Shown: positions 36,313-49,660, counted from the stretch's first letter. The stretch is 64,000 nt of DNA from Octopus sinensis (GCF_006345805.1 NC_043011.1:33616464-33680463); one strand, 5' to 3'. A program made the numbers and translations. The notes: generated from the sequence alone by a model not told the origin.

Positions 36313-36358
36313 GCTTCGCTGAGGAGGTCTAATGAAAAAACTGAAACGTGTCTGGAGT
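36313..36358 (+). ncRNA. Minimal type I hammerhead ribozyme fold (decayed)
   Basis: GCUUCG-CUGAGGA-GGU..ACU-GAAA-CGUG-UC-UGGAGU: intact core, GUC triplet, stem I with three G.U pairs, 3-bp stem II. Confidence 0.55.
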
Positions 36359-36750
36359 TGTTTCCCTTACCTGCCTGAATAGTTAACAAAATATTAGTTG
36401 CTAAGTAACAATTCATTATTTTCCCTCACTGCCTAATTAAGTCTAGAAACAGATTTTGATGTTTCTTACGAAATGTTTGTTTGTTTGTGTGTGTGTGTTG
36501 TGTGTGTGTGTGTGTGTGTGTGTATTTTGTATGCGCTGGGGGCGTATCGACCCCAGTAATTATTATTTTAAAGTCTGGCGCTCATTCTACCGGTCTACTT
36601 TGCCGAACCGCTAAGTCAAGGGAACATAAACGCTCCAGCAACGGTAGTCAAGCAATGATGGAGAACAAACACAGACACACACACGTAGGTATATATATGT
36701 TTATGTTTATGTTTTCCAGTTTCAGCTCTTGAGCTGTGGCCATATATAAA

Positions 36751-38018
36751 TATATGCGATGGGTAAATTCTTGCCATTTTATATTTTTAATTTCGCGCAT
36801 GCGCATTGTTTGTTTTGATTTTGTCGACTACACAGTATGGTAGGGCACCGACTGTGAGAAAAAGCTGTGAGGAAAAGAGCTCTATGATGCAATTCACTCT
36901 GCCAGAAATTTGGAAACGACATGCTTTACTACTCGGCATTCGTGCCAGAAGCTTCAATGCGAACACTTCAGAGTGTTTGAGTGTCAATCTGAGGACAGTG
37001 CAGAGAATTCGGCAAGAGTTGGATGAGTATAATTGTGATTTCAAAGGTACGGTAGCGCAGAAAACTCACTCTGGTCATTTTGATAAGAAAACAACTCCTG
37101 AATATGTTGGTGAGATCCAGGCCATGATTGACAACGATCCCTCCAGCTCAGTCATCTCCATCGCCAAAGACATGGCAATATCTAAGTTTATTACCAGGCA
37201 GGTAGTGCATGAAGACGTTAGGTCATGCAAGATAAGAAAGGGTCAATTTTTTTATCCCAAGACATCAAGGACAAGGGTAAAGACAAACTACAAAGCTTTT
37301 GAACAAACTCAAGCATCCCCTCCAACCGAACATGCTTTGGTTTTTCTCAAACGAGAAAAATTTTCTGCTAGGATCAGATGGCGATCACACAGAACAGTCG
37401 TTGGAACAAAACAAAAATCAAACATCCAGTCAACATCATGGTGTTTGGAGTGATCACTAGTGATGGCAACGTTATGCCTCCATTCATCTTTCCATACGGC
37501 CTCAGACTCAATAAGGACGCCTACATCATGTGCCTGGAGGAGGTAGTACTACTCTCGGTCAAGAGGGTGACTGCCGGAAGACTGTCTGACAACAGGACTC
37601 TGCACCATGCCACACAAGAAGGAGAACCCAGTCATGGCCGTCTGACAATTTCTGTGACCGCATCACCTCTAACATCTGGCCACCTAATTCCCCAGACTGC
37701 AACCCCCTTGATCAGTATGTGCGAGGCGCAGTTGAGTGAGAGACCAACAGAACTGGTTGTAACACCAAAGATGAACTGAAGGCAAGGATTATGGCAGCAT
37801 TCACCAATTTAAACAAGGAGACCGTCCAGAAGAGTTGCAGGAGATTGCAAAGCCATCTGGAGGCCGCGGTTGAAATCAATGGCGATTTTATTGAATAAAA
37901 TTTACTCTTTAGTATTTCAAGATATTTCTCTGCAATTTTGATAAATATATCTGCTAAAATGAGATATTAGTGTTATTTTCAGTTTTAGGTACTTTAGACA
38001 ATTTATTCACCGCACCCA

Positions 38019-38019
<1 letters not shown>
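36751..38019 (+). mobile_element. Near-full-length degenerate DD37D (maT) Tc1/mariner transposon
   Basis: Frameshifted transposase across ORFs 36806-37453 and 37378-37779. QQD-SAPCHTRRRTQSWPSDNFCDRITSNIWPPNSPDCNPL-D gives 37 residues between the second and third Asp. Right TIR atttattcaccgcacccag-TA. Confidence 0.9.
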
Positions 38020-38063
<44 letters not shown>

Positions 38064-38067
38064 TGTG

Positions 38068-38099
<32 letters not shown>

Positions 38100-38630
38100 T
38101 GTGTGTGTGCGTGTGTGAGTGTGTGTGTGTATATGTGTGTGTGTATGTATGCATGTATGTGCGTGTCTGTGTTTCTGTGTATTGTAGTACCTGTCAAAAT
38201 AAAACAAGCTTTAAAGTATAAAGTTATTTATTTTATAAATTTCGTTTAAAATAGTCAGTAAAGACACTCGATTGCCTGCGTTTGCCTTGACCCTTGTCTA
38301 TAGCTTCAAGTTAGCCCGATTCCTGGTTCAACTCAAAGCAATGTACAACAGACAGTAGCTCATGGCTGAACTCGAACGTTCACCCATACACACGTACGCA
38401 AATGTAGCTTTATCTGGCTGATTTAACTAGAGATCGTTCTCCTATTTAGAGATTTATAGCTTGAGGGTGAGTTGTTTGTTCTAAGGAATGCATTTATCTG
38501 CTGTCAACTGAATGGTTGTCAGTTTGCACAATGGTATCTGTTCGTCTCATTTGTTATCCTATTGCTCATAGCCACCATCGACATTTGCTGGAGGATAGTT
38601 CTTCAATTTCTTAAGGATGCCTTTACTACC

Positions 38631-38634
<4 letters not shown>

Positions 38635-38709
<75 letters not shown>

Positions 38710-38735
38710 ATTGTTATTATTATTATTATTATTAC

Positions 38736-38784
<49 letters not shown>

Positions 38785-38800
38785 TTATTATTATTATCCA
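38635..38800. repeat. (ATT)n-(GTT)n-(ATT)n microsatellite
   Basis: Direct inspection. Confidence 0.95.
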
Positions 38801-39318
38801 TGAATGGTGAATAAGAATTATGATTTCCAACAGGGACCACGAATCATGCATCTCGTAACGTTTTCGTAAAGTGTTGACTCAGTATATCGATTAAGGGTTT
38901 CTGCGCACACGACTTAGTCTTATTTTTTTTCCAAGGTAATTAAATTTATCGTCTCCATCCATGATGATTCGAATATGAGAATAAGGTTTATACCTGATTA
39001 TAGAATTCGATAGAACAACAATATACCTTAACTGCTCTATAAATATTATTTTCTAGGAAATCGTTCAATAAATTTGTCAAGTTTATCTGAAAACATTCTT
39101 GCCATATTATTTGGTTTGTCTAAAGGAAGCTGTTCAAGGCGAGATATTATCTTATATCGTTTGCTTGTTCCAGTCATTGCACAGCAGTCATGCTGCGGCA
39201 CCGCCTTGAAGGGTTTAGTCGATCAAATCGACCCCAGAACATAACCGTTCAGCTTAGTATGTCGGTCTCTTGTTGACAAACCGTTAAGTTACAGGGATTG
39301 AAATAAGCCAACATATCT

Positions 39319-39381
<63 letters not shown>

Positions 39382-39384
<3 letters not shown>

Positions 39385-39706
39385 GCGCAGGCGTGGCTAT
39401 GTGGTAAGAAGCTTGCTTCCCAACCACATGGTTCCGGGTTCAGTTCCACTGCGTGACATCTGGCGCAAATGTCTTCTACTATAGCTTCGGGACTACCAAA
39501 ACCTTGTGAGTGGATTTAGGAGACGAAAACTGAAAGAAGCCCATCACACACACACAGACGCACACAAACTTAGCGGTTCGGCAATACGAGACCGATAGAA
39601 TAAGTACCAGGCTTAGAAAAAGAGGTACTGGGGTCGATTCATTCATTCGACAAAAATCATTCAAGGCCGTGCATGACCGCAGTCAAATGACTGAAACAAG
39701 TAAAAG

Positions 39707-39710
<4 letters not shown>
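39382..39710 (+). mobile_element. SINE family B (an inverted family B 3' fragment lies at ~39170-39310)
   Basis: Family B consensus. Confidence 0.85.
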
Positions 39711-39747
<37 letters not shown>

Positions 39748-40329
39748 TACAAAAATGAAATAAACACAAAGACGAATTAAAAAATAAACTAACAAACAAG
39801 GTGTATTAGAATGAGGCTCAGGAAAATGGAAGAAGTTGTTAACATTTCGAGCCTACGCGCGTCTACAGAAAAGATAGATGAGGAGAAAGAACCATAAAGA
39901 AAACAGAGCAAGCGTGTCTCAATTAGACGGGTTTCTTTCAGTTTTCGTTAGTCAAATCCAGTCACAAGGCTTTCGTCGACCTGAGATTATTATAGATGAC
40001 ACTTGCCCGAGGTGATTCCAGGAAGGAATGCATGTGAAGTAATAAATAAATTTGTAATCACAAATTTTTGTACCAAAGCAATGACATTAGGTCAGCGTTC
40101 CATTATCTTCTATGCTGGTCCTTAAAATGTTGAAGCAACATAACTATACATACTATATGAGTTCCTGCATCACTGTAGCTCAACGATAGGTTAGTCTTTC
40201 ACAATATTTAACAATGATTTCTTATATGGTTCTAATTATTTGCCTCAGTCAGAAGATGAAAGCATCGCCATTACTAAAATAATTTTTCACCATACATAAG
40301 AGACTTACTGCGTATTATATTCTTTTTTG

Positions 40330-40770
40330 AAGGCGGCGAGCTGGCAGAAACGTTAGCACGCCGGGCGAAATGCTTACCTGTATTTCGTCTGCCGCTACGT
40401 TCTGAGTTCAAATTCCGCCGAGGTCGACTTTGCCTTTCTTCCTTTCGGGGTCGATTAAATAAGTACCAGTTACGCACTGGGGTCGATATAATCGATTTAA
40501 TCCGTTTGTCTGTCCTTGTTTGCTCCTTGTGGGCAGTAAAGAAATAGGTATTTCGTCTGTCTTAACGTTCTGAGTTCAAATTCCGCCGAGGTAGTTAAGA
40601 AATAGGTATTTCGTCTGTCTTAACATTCTGAGTTCAAATTCCGCCGAGGTCGACTTTGCCTTTCATCCTTTCGGGGTTGAAAAGTTAAGTACCAGTCGCG
40701 TACTGGGGTCAATCTAATCGACTTAATCCCCTTCCCCCAAAATTTCGGGCCTTGTGCCTAGAGTAGGAAG
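40330..40770 (+). mobile_element. SINE A long-tail copy followed by partial tandem re-copies and a short-tail 3' part
   Basis: aagaaataggtatttcgtctgtcttaac.ttctgagttcaaattccgccgaggt occurs twice after the first copy. Confidence 0.85.
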
Positions 40771-43059
40771 GATTTTATTCTTCTTTTATTGCTGTTTAGG
40801 CAATCATGTTTTGCAGCGTACAAATACTGGTGCATTTACGCTATTAATCAGGTTAGGATTACTATTCGAGCTTTGTTGTCATTCTGGTTCTCCATTGAAA
40901 TAAAATGATATGTATGTGATTGGGTCGTGATTGATGATCCATCTGTTTAATCTGAGCTGAGTTTCTTGATTCGAGCATGAATACTGAAGATATGTTTACA
41001 AGGGGTTTATTGTGATTATTCAAAAAATCATTGCAGCTTCATTCTCGGCTGAGAAGATAACAATAAATTCGGTTAGTGTTTCGATCTGTTCTAAATGCTT
41101 ATGTTGACTACTGGTGTTCAAATATTATGTTCTGTTGCCAATTGAGTCTCTTCACTTCCAAATTCTAACATTTCATATACGAATGTATGCATATCGTTTG
41201 TTAATTTGAAAAATCTATCTCACATTAATCTGAAATTTAATAGCAGTAGCCTTTTTCAAATCAACTACAAAGAACTAGGCAATCTATCAAGTTCTCTTCC
41301 AATGGCATGCATATTTCTCGTGCGATGATCGATTTGGCCAACAAAGCGAAAACAATACGAACCAAGACCCGGAGAATCAGTTATATCTAAGCTTCTAGCA
41401 ATGCAGAAGAGAATGTTCAATGATGCGATATAATACGTTCTTATGTTGTTCTTTCAAGTATTTGTAATTGTTATTCCTCTGGTTTCTCATTATATTGCGA
41501 AGATATGATGGTGTTTCTCTTTTGTTAGGCAATCTGGTTTAGTTTTGTGACAGTTGTTATTGAATTTATCATCTCAAGAAAACTGCGATAAGAAACATAT
41601 GTGACTATAAAATTAACAAGCAATATGCATGGGACCACATTAACGACACAGTAAATTTTCTTCTGTAAAAGTATTGTTGTACACTTTATTACTGTCAACT
41701 CTTTCTTTTCTACTATTTTGAATAATTTCATTTACGTGTCTTGTGTGATGGTTTTTTCTTCAACTTTGGGGACAATAAACACTCTAGATTTAATCTCCAA
41801 CACTTAACATTCGTTTAGTGATTCTTGTGCATTTTCAGTCAGGAATATTTTAGTTATTCGTCTTTATTCTATTTCGAACGTTGCCTTATTTTATTTCTTC
41901 CTGTGCTTCATTTTGTCTTGTGGTTATTCTTTCTACGTGGAGCCTTGCTTCTGATTCTTTTACATCACTTCTTTTTCTCCCTAATTCACATCAAGCATTT
42001 ACTTGTTGCGGTGATTTTTATCTCAGTTTGTTCACACTTTTGACTTTAAATTATTTGTTGTATATTTGAAAAGTCAAAATTAAGTATTCCGGTTTTCTAT
42101 GGTACTCTGTGTCTTACTAGCTTTACCTTCCTAGATCAATAACCGCCTTTCAAATCAAATCTTTCTTGTGAGTGATCACGGTAAATGAGTTACATAGAGT
42201 GATATGGGCACTGTGAGGAACGAGAGCTGTCAGATAGTTGATCAGAGTGAGTTTCCCTGTGGAAAAAACCAAAACCCGTCTTCAAGCATTTACCGATTGC
42301 AGTAGAAAAGACACAAATGCTTTAAAACAGCACTGGATGATTTATATAATAAGGTATTAAAAGAACAATTAACCAAGCATATTACTTATTAAGAAGCAAT
42401 TCTGCTTTGTAATAAATTGAATTTAACGAATTCGAAATTATAAAATTAACAGGAACGAAGCAGGGAAAATGACAGCTTCAGAAATATGTCGGTGGGGTTA
42501 TTCTTTGATAAGTTTAAAGTTGGTTCAAACAGTAATTAAAGTACGATATACATAATCTATTTTCTTTGTAATAATGGAAACTCATCTGGGAAAATGGATG
42601 GGGGAGAGATATATTAATCTAAAAAGGAATTACTTCAGCCTTGTTGTATCTTCTTTTCTTCTTTTCTTTTTTTTTTTCTTCTCAACGATTACTCATGCTG
42701 CAAATAGCCGCCTGTTGGAATAAAAATCCGTTCTCTGCTATTTTAATTTAATACTACTTCTGTATTATTTGTTTTTAATACTGCTTCATAATGGATTTCT
42801 ATTCAGTTGCTTGACTATTAAGCAACACCAGTGATTGTTTGTTCACTGTTTTCCTATATATCAGTGGTGACAGACTTCATCTAAGCATGTTGGCTGTAGG
42901 TACCGCTACTGGGTCGGTTTTCATCTCACTCCAATATATATATTGCCTTTAAACATAGCACGTTGAAGAGAGGAATTATTTACGGACGAATACTGTAGGG
43001 AAATTGCATAGTGTGAGCCATTTACATTAAGTACCATGCATAAATGATTATATATATAT

Positions 43060-43702
43060 CATATAAAATAGAAGACGCTAAATCGTCCAGCCATTTTAAA
43101 AGTCTTCACAAAGTTACATATGTGTTGAAATCGAGGGAGCAAGCTCACGGAAAATTCATAACAATATAGATAGCCATTGATCACTTCTGATAGTCTTGGC
43201 ACCATTTCTTCCTACTTATCAATATTGAAATGGTGGCAGTAGAAGTTTGATAAACGGTTTTAGGGTTAGGAAGGTGGTGGTTTAGCTCTTCTGTAACTTT
43301 TGCTGCCGTAGTTCGATGGTTTTGAGAGACTATACTTCTTGGCCTCTCTCGGTGAACTTCCGTTCAAAATTAAACTTGACAGAGGTGGTTCTACCTTGGT
43401 CTTGGAATGCCAACATGATTTTAGAGAATGTGCATCTCACAATATTAAACAATTGTGCAGTTTTAATGACTGATGTTCCAGGCATCCACGCCCCATCAGT
43501 TTGTCCGCTTTGGAAATCAGATAAGTCCCGCATTTTAACTTATTTACATATAAATACCTGCAAAAAAGAACAGGAAAAATAGAAAGCATTAAGTAGAAGG
43601 TATACTTAATGCATAAGCAAACAAATATACAGACTACAGCAGTTTTGAATTTGTCCATTGAATTAATAAAAGTGGCATTTCTATGATTTTGTCCGACACC
43701 TG
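43060..43702 (-). mobile_element. Tc1-like transposon 5' relic
   Basis: TA-CAGGTGTCGGACAAAA end; MRDLSDFQSGQTDGAWMPGTSVIKTAQLFNIVRCTFSKIM...GRTTS matches a Tc1 paired-type HTH N-terminus. The left boundary is uncertain. Confidence 0.75.
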
Positions 43703-43835
43703 TATGTGTGTGCGCGCGCACAGACCCATACTCACGCACATACACTCACACGCACACTCACACATACGTCAAACTAATACACTTGCTTGTTGTTTACTCA
43801 CCTGTCATCGTCTTTTGTTTTATGTAAATTTGAAC

Positions 43836-43868
<33 letters not shown>

Positions 43869-43957
43869 TATATATATAGATACATATATATAACTTAAAT
43901 ACATACATGTATATGTATGTGTGTGTATATATATATGATATATAATATATATATATA

Positions 43958-44020
<63 letters not shown>

Positions 44021-44648
44021 CCCCTTTCTTTATTTACCCATACCAACATCCTACCACTAATTAGGAATAAATTTTATGTGTGTGTATATATGTATATATG
44101 CTTGTGTGTGTGTAGTAGTAGTATGTATGTATGTATGTATGTACGTATGTCGCACAGAGAGTCAGATCTACGAGAATAAAACACTGCAATGAATAGCATT
44201 TGGACGTAACAGGAAATTAACGTTCATTGCTGACAATCTCATAACGGAAGCGCCTGACGCATTTAAACTCACAATGCGTTGAAAATTTTGGAATAAAACA
44301 GCTTTAATATAATATAACAGTATTTTTAAAGTGTCTCTTTCTAGTTGAGTTGTAAAAACTACCTTGTCAGACCATAGTTACAAATTACATACACGCATAA
44401 CATGTGTGTCTTCATAGTATAAAAGTATACAATACATATAATAGCATATAGGAACAGTATTATGAATATTTAGTACTATTCCTATGAAGCAACTATGAAC
44501 GTGTTCATGGTATAAAAATACAGCGCTCTGAAGACCTTCTTCTGGCCAGTTCTCATATTATTGAGATATATATTACTATTCCTTTGTACCAAATAGGTAT
44601 ATGTCTTCGTCGTAGTACAGTATATAATATATAGAAATAGTATTATGA

Positions 44649-44738
<90 letters not shown>

Positions 44739-45385
44739 ATATATATATATATATCCCCTTTCTCTTATTTACCCATACCAACATCCTACCACTAATTAGG
44801 AATAAATTTTATGTGTGTGTATATATGTATATATGCTTGTGTGTGTGTAGTATGTATGTATGTATGTATGTATGTACGTATGTCGCACAGAGAGTCAGAT
44901 CTACGAGAATAAAACACTGCAATGAATAGCATTTGGACGTAACAGGAAATTAACGTTCATTGCTGACAATCTCATAACGGAAGCGCCTGACGCATTTAAA
45001 CTCACAATGCGTGAAATTTTGGAATAAAACAGCTTTAATTAATAATAACAGTATTTTTAAAGTGTTCTTTCTAGTTGAGTTGTAAAAACTACCTTGTCAG
45101 ACCATAGTTACAAATTACATACACGCATAACATGTGTGTCTTCATAGTATAAAAGTATACAATACATATAATAGCATATAGGAACAGTATTATGAATATT
45201 TAGTACTATTCCTATGAACCAACTATGAACGTGTTCATGGTATAAAAATACAGCGCTCTGAAGACCTTCTTCTGGCCAGTTCTCATATTATTGAGAATAT
45301 ATATTACTATTCCTTTGTACCAAATAGGTATATGTCTTCGTCGTAGTACAGTATATAATATATAGAAATAGTATTATGAATATAT
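44021..45385. repeat. Near-identical tandem duplication, period 734 bp (copies start at 44021 and 44755), joined at (TA)n
   Basis: Differences are mostly 1-2 nt indels. Confidence 0.95.
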
Positions 45386-45440
45386 ATATATATACGACTA
45401 TTCCTTTATACTACTATTCCTTCATGGTATAAAATTATAG

Positions 45441-45629
45441 TGTTGGCGGGGCAGTCTGGTAAGTAGCTTGCTTAAGAACCACATGGTTCCGAGTTCAGTC
45501 CCACTGCGTGGCAGCTTGGGCAAGTATCTTCTACTATAGCCTCGGGCCGACCAAAGCCTTGTGAGTGGATTTGGTAGACGGAAACTGAAAGAAGCCCGTC
45601 GTATATATGCATATATATATATATATATA

Positions 45630-45672
<43 letters not shown>

Positions 45673-45865
45673 TGTATTTGTCCCCCAACATCGCTTGACA
45701 ACCGATGCTGGTGTGTTTACGTCCCCGCAATTTAGCGGTTCGGCAAAAGAGACCGATAGGATAAGTACTAGGCTTACAAAGAATAAGTCCTGGGGTCGAT
45801 TTGCTCGACTAAAGGCGGTGCTCCAGCATGGCCACTGTCAAATGACTGAAACAAGTAAAAGAGAG
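45441..45865 (+). mobile_element. SINE family B, full length, followed by an inverted SINE A (45870-46085)
   Basis: Family consensus sequences. Confidence 0.9.
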
Positions 45866-46561
45866 AATATAATCCTTTCTACTATAGGCATAAGGCCTGA
45901 AGTTTGTGGGAGAGGGATAGACGATTACATTGACCCCAGTGCGTAACTGGTACTTATTTTATCGACCCCGAAAGGATGAAAGGCAAAGTCGAGCTCGGCG
46001 AAATCTGAACACAGAACGTGAAGACGTACGAAATACCACCAAGCATTTCGCCTGTTGTGCTAACCATTCTGCCAGATCGCCGCCTTATATTATAGATATA
46101 ATAGAACTGGGTTGTCAGATAAATTCGTTCGTTTCTTTTGTTTTTGTTTTTGTCTTTTGTATTACTTTGTTTTGCTTTGTTTTTCTTCTTGTCACTCCAT
46201 CGTCATCGAACATATACTGCCACTCAAATGGCTATGAACGTATCATACACAAAGTTCTGAAGACGGATAATGCACTTTTGCAAATATGCATACACTCTTA
46301 ATGAATAAATAACGAAAGGCTAATTGTGAAAGTGCAGAGTTTCTCGGCTGAAAGCATTCTGGGGTCGGAAAAGGTTAAGTTTAATTGGACATGCTATGAG
46401 AAGAGCAAATATGCCAGAGGGCAATCGTTATTGAATCACTAAAAATTAAGCTACAGAGCTGTATCGTGTTGGAGGAGCTTTGTGAAAGACGTACATTTCT
46501 CCAAGTTTAATGATTATCCAGTCGGATGTTATATTAGATTTTAGCGGAACTGCTTGATGTT

Positions 46562-46575
46562 GTTGCCATGGATAC
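46562..46575. promoter_or_regulatory. RFX X-box-like site GTTGCCATGGATAC
   Basis: Fits the RFX consensus GTNRCC-AT-RGYAAC on the reverse strand (GTATCC AT GGCAAC) and lies in non-repetitive CpG-containing sequence. Confidence 0.45.
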
Positions 46576-46679
46576 GTGACCAACGGGCGAGAGTAAATTG
46601 GTCAATGTTGAGAGAGCACAACGTCGTTTCGTTTCGTTTCGTTTATGTCGTGGACTTAAGTGTTTAGGGAAGAAAAAGA

Positions 46680-47068
46680 TGGAGGAAGCGGGGAGGAGGG
46701 GAGAAGAAGAAGGAGATGGGGGAATGGAAGGGGAGAAGAGTGGAGGTGGGGAGGAGGAGGAGGAGAAGGGGAGATAACAGGAAAAGACGACGACGACGAG
46801 GACGAAGAGGACGAAGAAGAAGAAGAAGAAAAAGAAGAAGGAGGAGGAGGAGAAGAAGAAGAAGAAGAAGAAGAAGAAGAAGAAGGAGGAGAAGAAGAAG
46901 AAGAAGAAGAAGAAGAAGAAGAAGAAGAAGAAGAAGAAGAAGAAGAAGAAAAAGAAGAAGAACAAGAAGAAGAACAACAACAAGAAGAAGAAGATTATGG
47001 TGATGATGAGAAGGATTATGCGGCGGAGGAGGAGGAAAAGGATGATGATAATGATAATGATGATGATA

Positions 47069-47100
<32 letters not shown>
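46680..47100. repeat. Purine-rich (GGA/GAA)n then (GAT)n tract
   Basis: Direct inspection. Confidence 0.95.
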
Positions 47101-47103
<3 letters not shown>

Positions 47104-47298
47104 TCTATCGGAAATAGTTGTCAGGACATATGGAAAGAAATATTATTTATGTTGTTAACCTACTGCTGGATATCTGATTAGAGGAGATTAAAGAATTTAC
47201 TGTTTATTTATTGCAACAATGTGAAGGAGAATAAATACATATTTGATTTTTAAATATAGGCTCAGAGACACAATTTTATACAGGAAATAAATAGAGGA

Positions 47299-47660
47299 TT
47301 TAATTGGCCACCCCTCTAGTATTTGATGGTATTTATTGTAGACAACACAAACAAGGGGGGGGGAAGAAACGAAGAAAAACAAACAGAAAAGTAAGGTAAT
47401 AATTTTACGCTGTAAGAAACAGAAGCGAGTTCGACTTTTCGAACTTGTTTCATTATCTAGAGAGAGAAACAGGCAATGTATAAATTATTTAATTGGCCAC
47501 CCCTCTATTCTTTCATGGTATCTATTGTAGACAACAGAAACAAGGAAGAAAGAAACGAAGAAAAACAAAGAGAAATGCAAATTTAAAATTTTACACTGTA
47601 AGAAATAGGAACAAGTTCAACGTTTCGAAATTATTCCTTTATCAAAAGAGAGAAACACAG
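47299..47660. repeat. Old tandem duplication, period ~189 bp
   Basis: ttaattggccacccctcta...attgtagacaac...gaaacgaagaaaaacaaa...ttttac.ctgtaagaaa occurs twice. Confidence 0.8.
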
Positions 47661-48156
47661 ATGACAAAAAGAAATAGAGACAAGAAGAAAAAGATTTGGT
47701 AACAGTTTTTGCTTCCTCCTTATATTGGATAAAAAATATATTATTTATTTTAGCGACCAGCATTCCCGGGAAGATGGCATTGAACAGAAATTCTAGCTCC
47801 AGTGGTCCGACTTTGCTGTCCATTATTCTGAGAATGAATAACTAAATACCAATTAAGTACCGGGGTTAAACTCGTTTGATGGGGCTTACTCAGATATATT
47901 TCGTTGATTGATAATGTCCATAGTCACTGGGTCGGTAAGTGTCAGCAGAAATACATTTTAGAAGTTTACTAATCCCGGCTGTTCACCTCAGAGACGGTTT
48001 TCTGTCCGGGACGAGTGTCGCCATTAGTAAATTACTCTTCCACCGAGACTTCACATCCGCCATGCTACTTCCCATGGCTTCAACTTTAACTGTATGTCGG
48101 GTGCCAGGCCTTGATAACGAGCACCCCATGTTTGATCTAGGGCGGTTTATTTCCAT
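47617..48156 (-). other. Candidate two-exon ORF (48156/48129-47987, 47827-47617) of an unrecognised minus-strand gene
   Basis: caaacATGG context giving MGCSLSRPG; donor AG|GTGAAC (phase 2) and acceptor ttattcattctcAG join in frame; TATAAAAG at 48260-48253 and TGACGTCA at 48386-48393 upstream. No homology recognised. Confidence 0.25.
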
Positions 48157-48527
48157 ATTCTCCTACCCGCCACTTGGGGACGCGACGGCTAGGAGCTTTC
48201 CTCGTATAATCCACTATATTTTCCATTTCCACCGAAACGTATGATCATGTGCCTTTTATAACAACCTTTAGCGACAGAAACTCTGATCTCAAACATAATA
48301 TTTAGAGGTATCTAGTTGTGCCTCTTTAGTTCTCTAAGTTCAAGTTGTTGTAAGATCAGCTTCGCTTTTTATCTAACCGGTGTAATGACGTCAGGATACT
48401 TTCCTCCATTTCAAGTACAAGCTGCTAATTTAAAATCAATTTCATATTACTCTTGAGGGTCATTAGCCTATAGCTAATATCATATTACCCTTGAAGTGTC
48501 CACATTATACAATTCAAGGCTGTTATC

Positions 48528-48559
<32 letters not shown>

Positions 48560-48561
48560 CA

Positions 48562-48593
<32 letters not shown>

Positions 48594-48659
48594 GGCGAGG
48601 TGGCCGAATCATTAATTAGCACGCCGGCCAAGATGCTAGCGGTGTTTCGTCCCTATTCA

Positions 48660-48890
48660 TAAGACGCAGGAGTGGCTGTGAGGTAAGTAACTTGCTTACC
48701 AACCACAAGGTTCCGGGTACAGTCCCACTGCGTGAGACCTTGGGCAAGTGTCTTCTACTATAGCCTCGGGCCGACCAAAGCCTTGTGTGTGCATTTGGTA
48801 GACGGAAACTGAAAGAAGCCCGTCGTATATATATGAATATGTATATGTTCGTGTGTCTGTGTTTGTCTCCCCCCCCCAACATCGCTTGAC
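48660..48890 (+). mobile_element. SINE family B 5' part
   Basis: Family B consensus, truncated at an (AAT)n/(GAT)n tract. Confidence 0.85.
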
Positions 48891-48905
48891 ATACACATAA
48901 TAATG

Positions 48906-48952
<47 letters not shown>

Positions 48953-48995
48953 TAATAATAATAATAATAATAATGATGATGATGATGATGATGAT

Positions 48996-49027
<32 letters not shown>

Positions 49028-49028
49028 C

Positions 49029-49070
<42 letters not shown>

Positions 49071-49369
49071 TGAGAGCGGTGAATTAGCAGAATCGTTAGA
49101 GTATCATACAAAATACCTTGTAGTTTTTCCTCTGGCTCTTTATGTTTCAGTTTCAAATCTCGCAATGATCAAATTTGCTTTTCAGCTTTTCGTGGTTGAA
49201 CAAATAACCAAACAAGTGTAGGGGACGATGGTAGCGATTCTTCTCTTTCCCCAAGATTCGTCGCAGAAGACTGGCAATAACATTTGTTAATGCCCACCTC
49301 AGCCCATCAGCAAATCGGTGCACGTAATAAAATGACATTGTAAGAATTTGATGTCAACTACCTGAGCCA

Positions 49370-49660
49370 ATTAATGGACTGTCAATCGACCTATCGATTG
49401 TCAATGGTTGATGAACTGTCAATCGACCAACTGATTGTCAATGGTTAATGGACTGTCAATCAACTGACTGATTCTCAAATGACAGTGGACTGATTAATGT
49501 ATAACATATTGTCAATTGACTAATATGTTGTCAACCGACAAACTGACACCGAACCAGCTGACTGTCTACCGGTCAGTGTATTGCTAACCATTCAATGAAT
49601 TGTCAGTTGATTAATGGATTATCAGCTGACTAATAGATTGACAAATGTATTGTCATTTGA
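49370..49660. repeat. Degenerate minisatellite built on gactgtcaat/gattgtcaat (~37-bp superunit)
   Basis: ttaatggactgtcaatcgacc...gattgtcaatggttgatgaactgtcaatcgacc...gattgtcaatggttaatggactgtcaatc. Confidence 0.75.

Noticed and set aside
36806-37779. Functional transposase gene
   Set aside because: Several frameshifts across the two ORFs; a relic only.
46660-47181. 173-aa Glu/Asp-rich ORF, a tempting extra prohormone exon
   Set aside because: Pure (GAA)n/(GAT)n microsatellite with no good acceptor or donor and no codon diversity, unlike exon 2.
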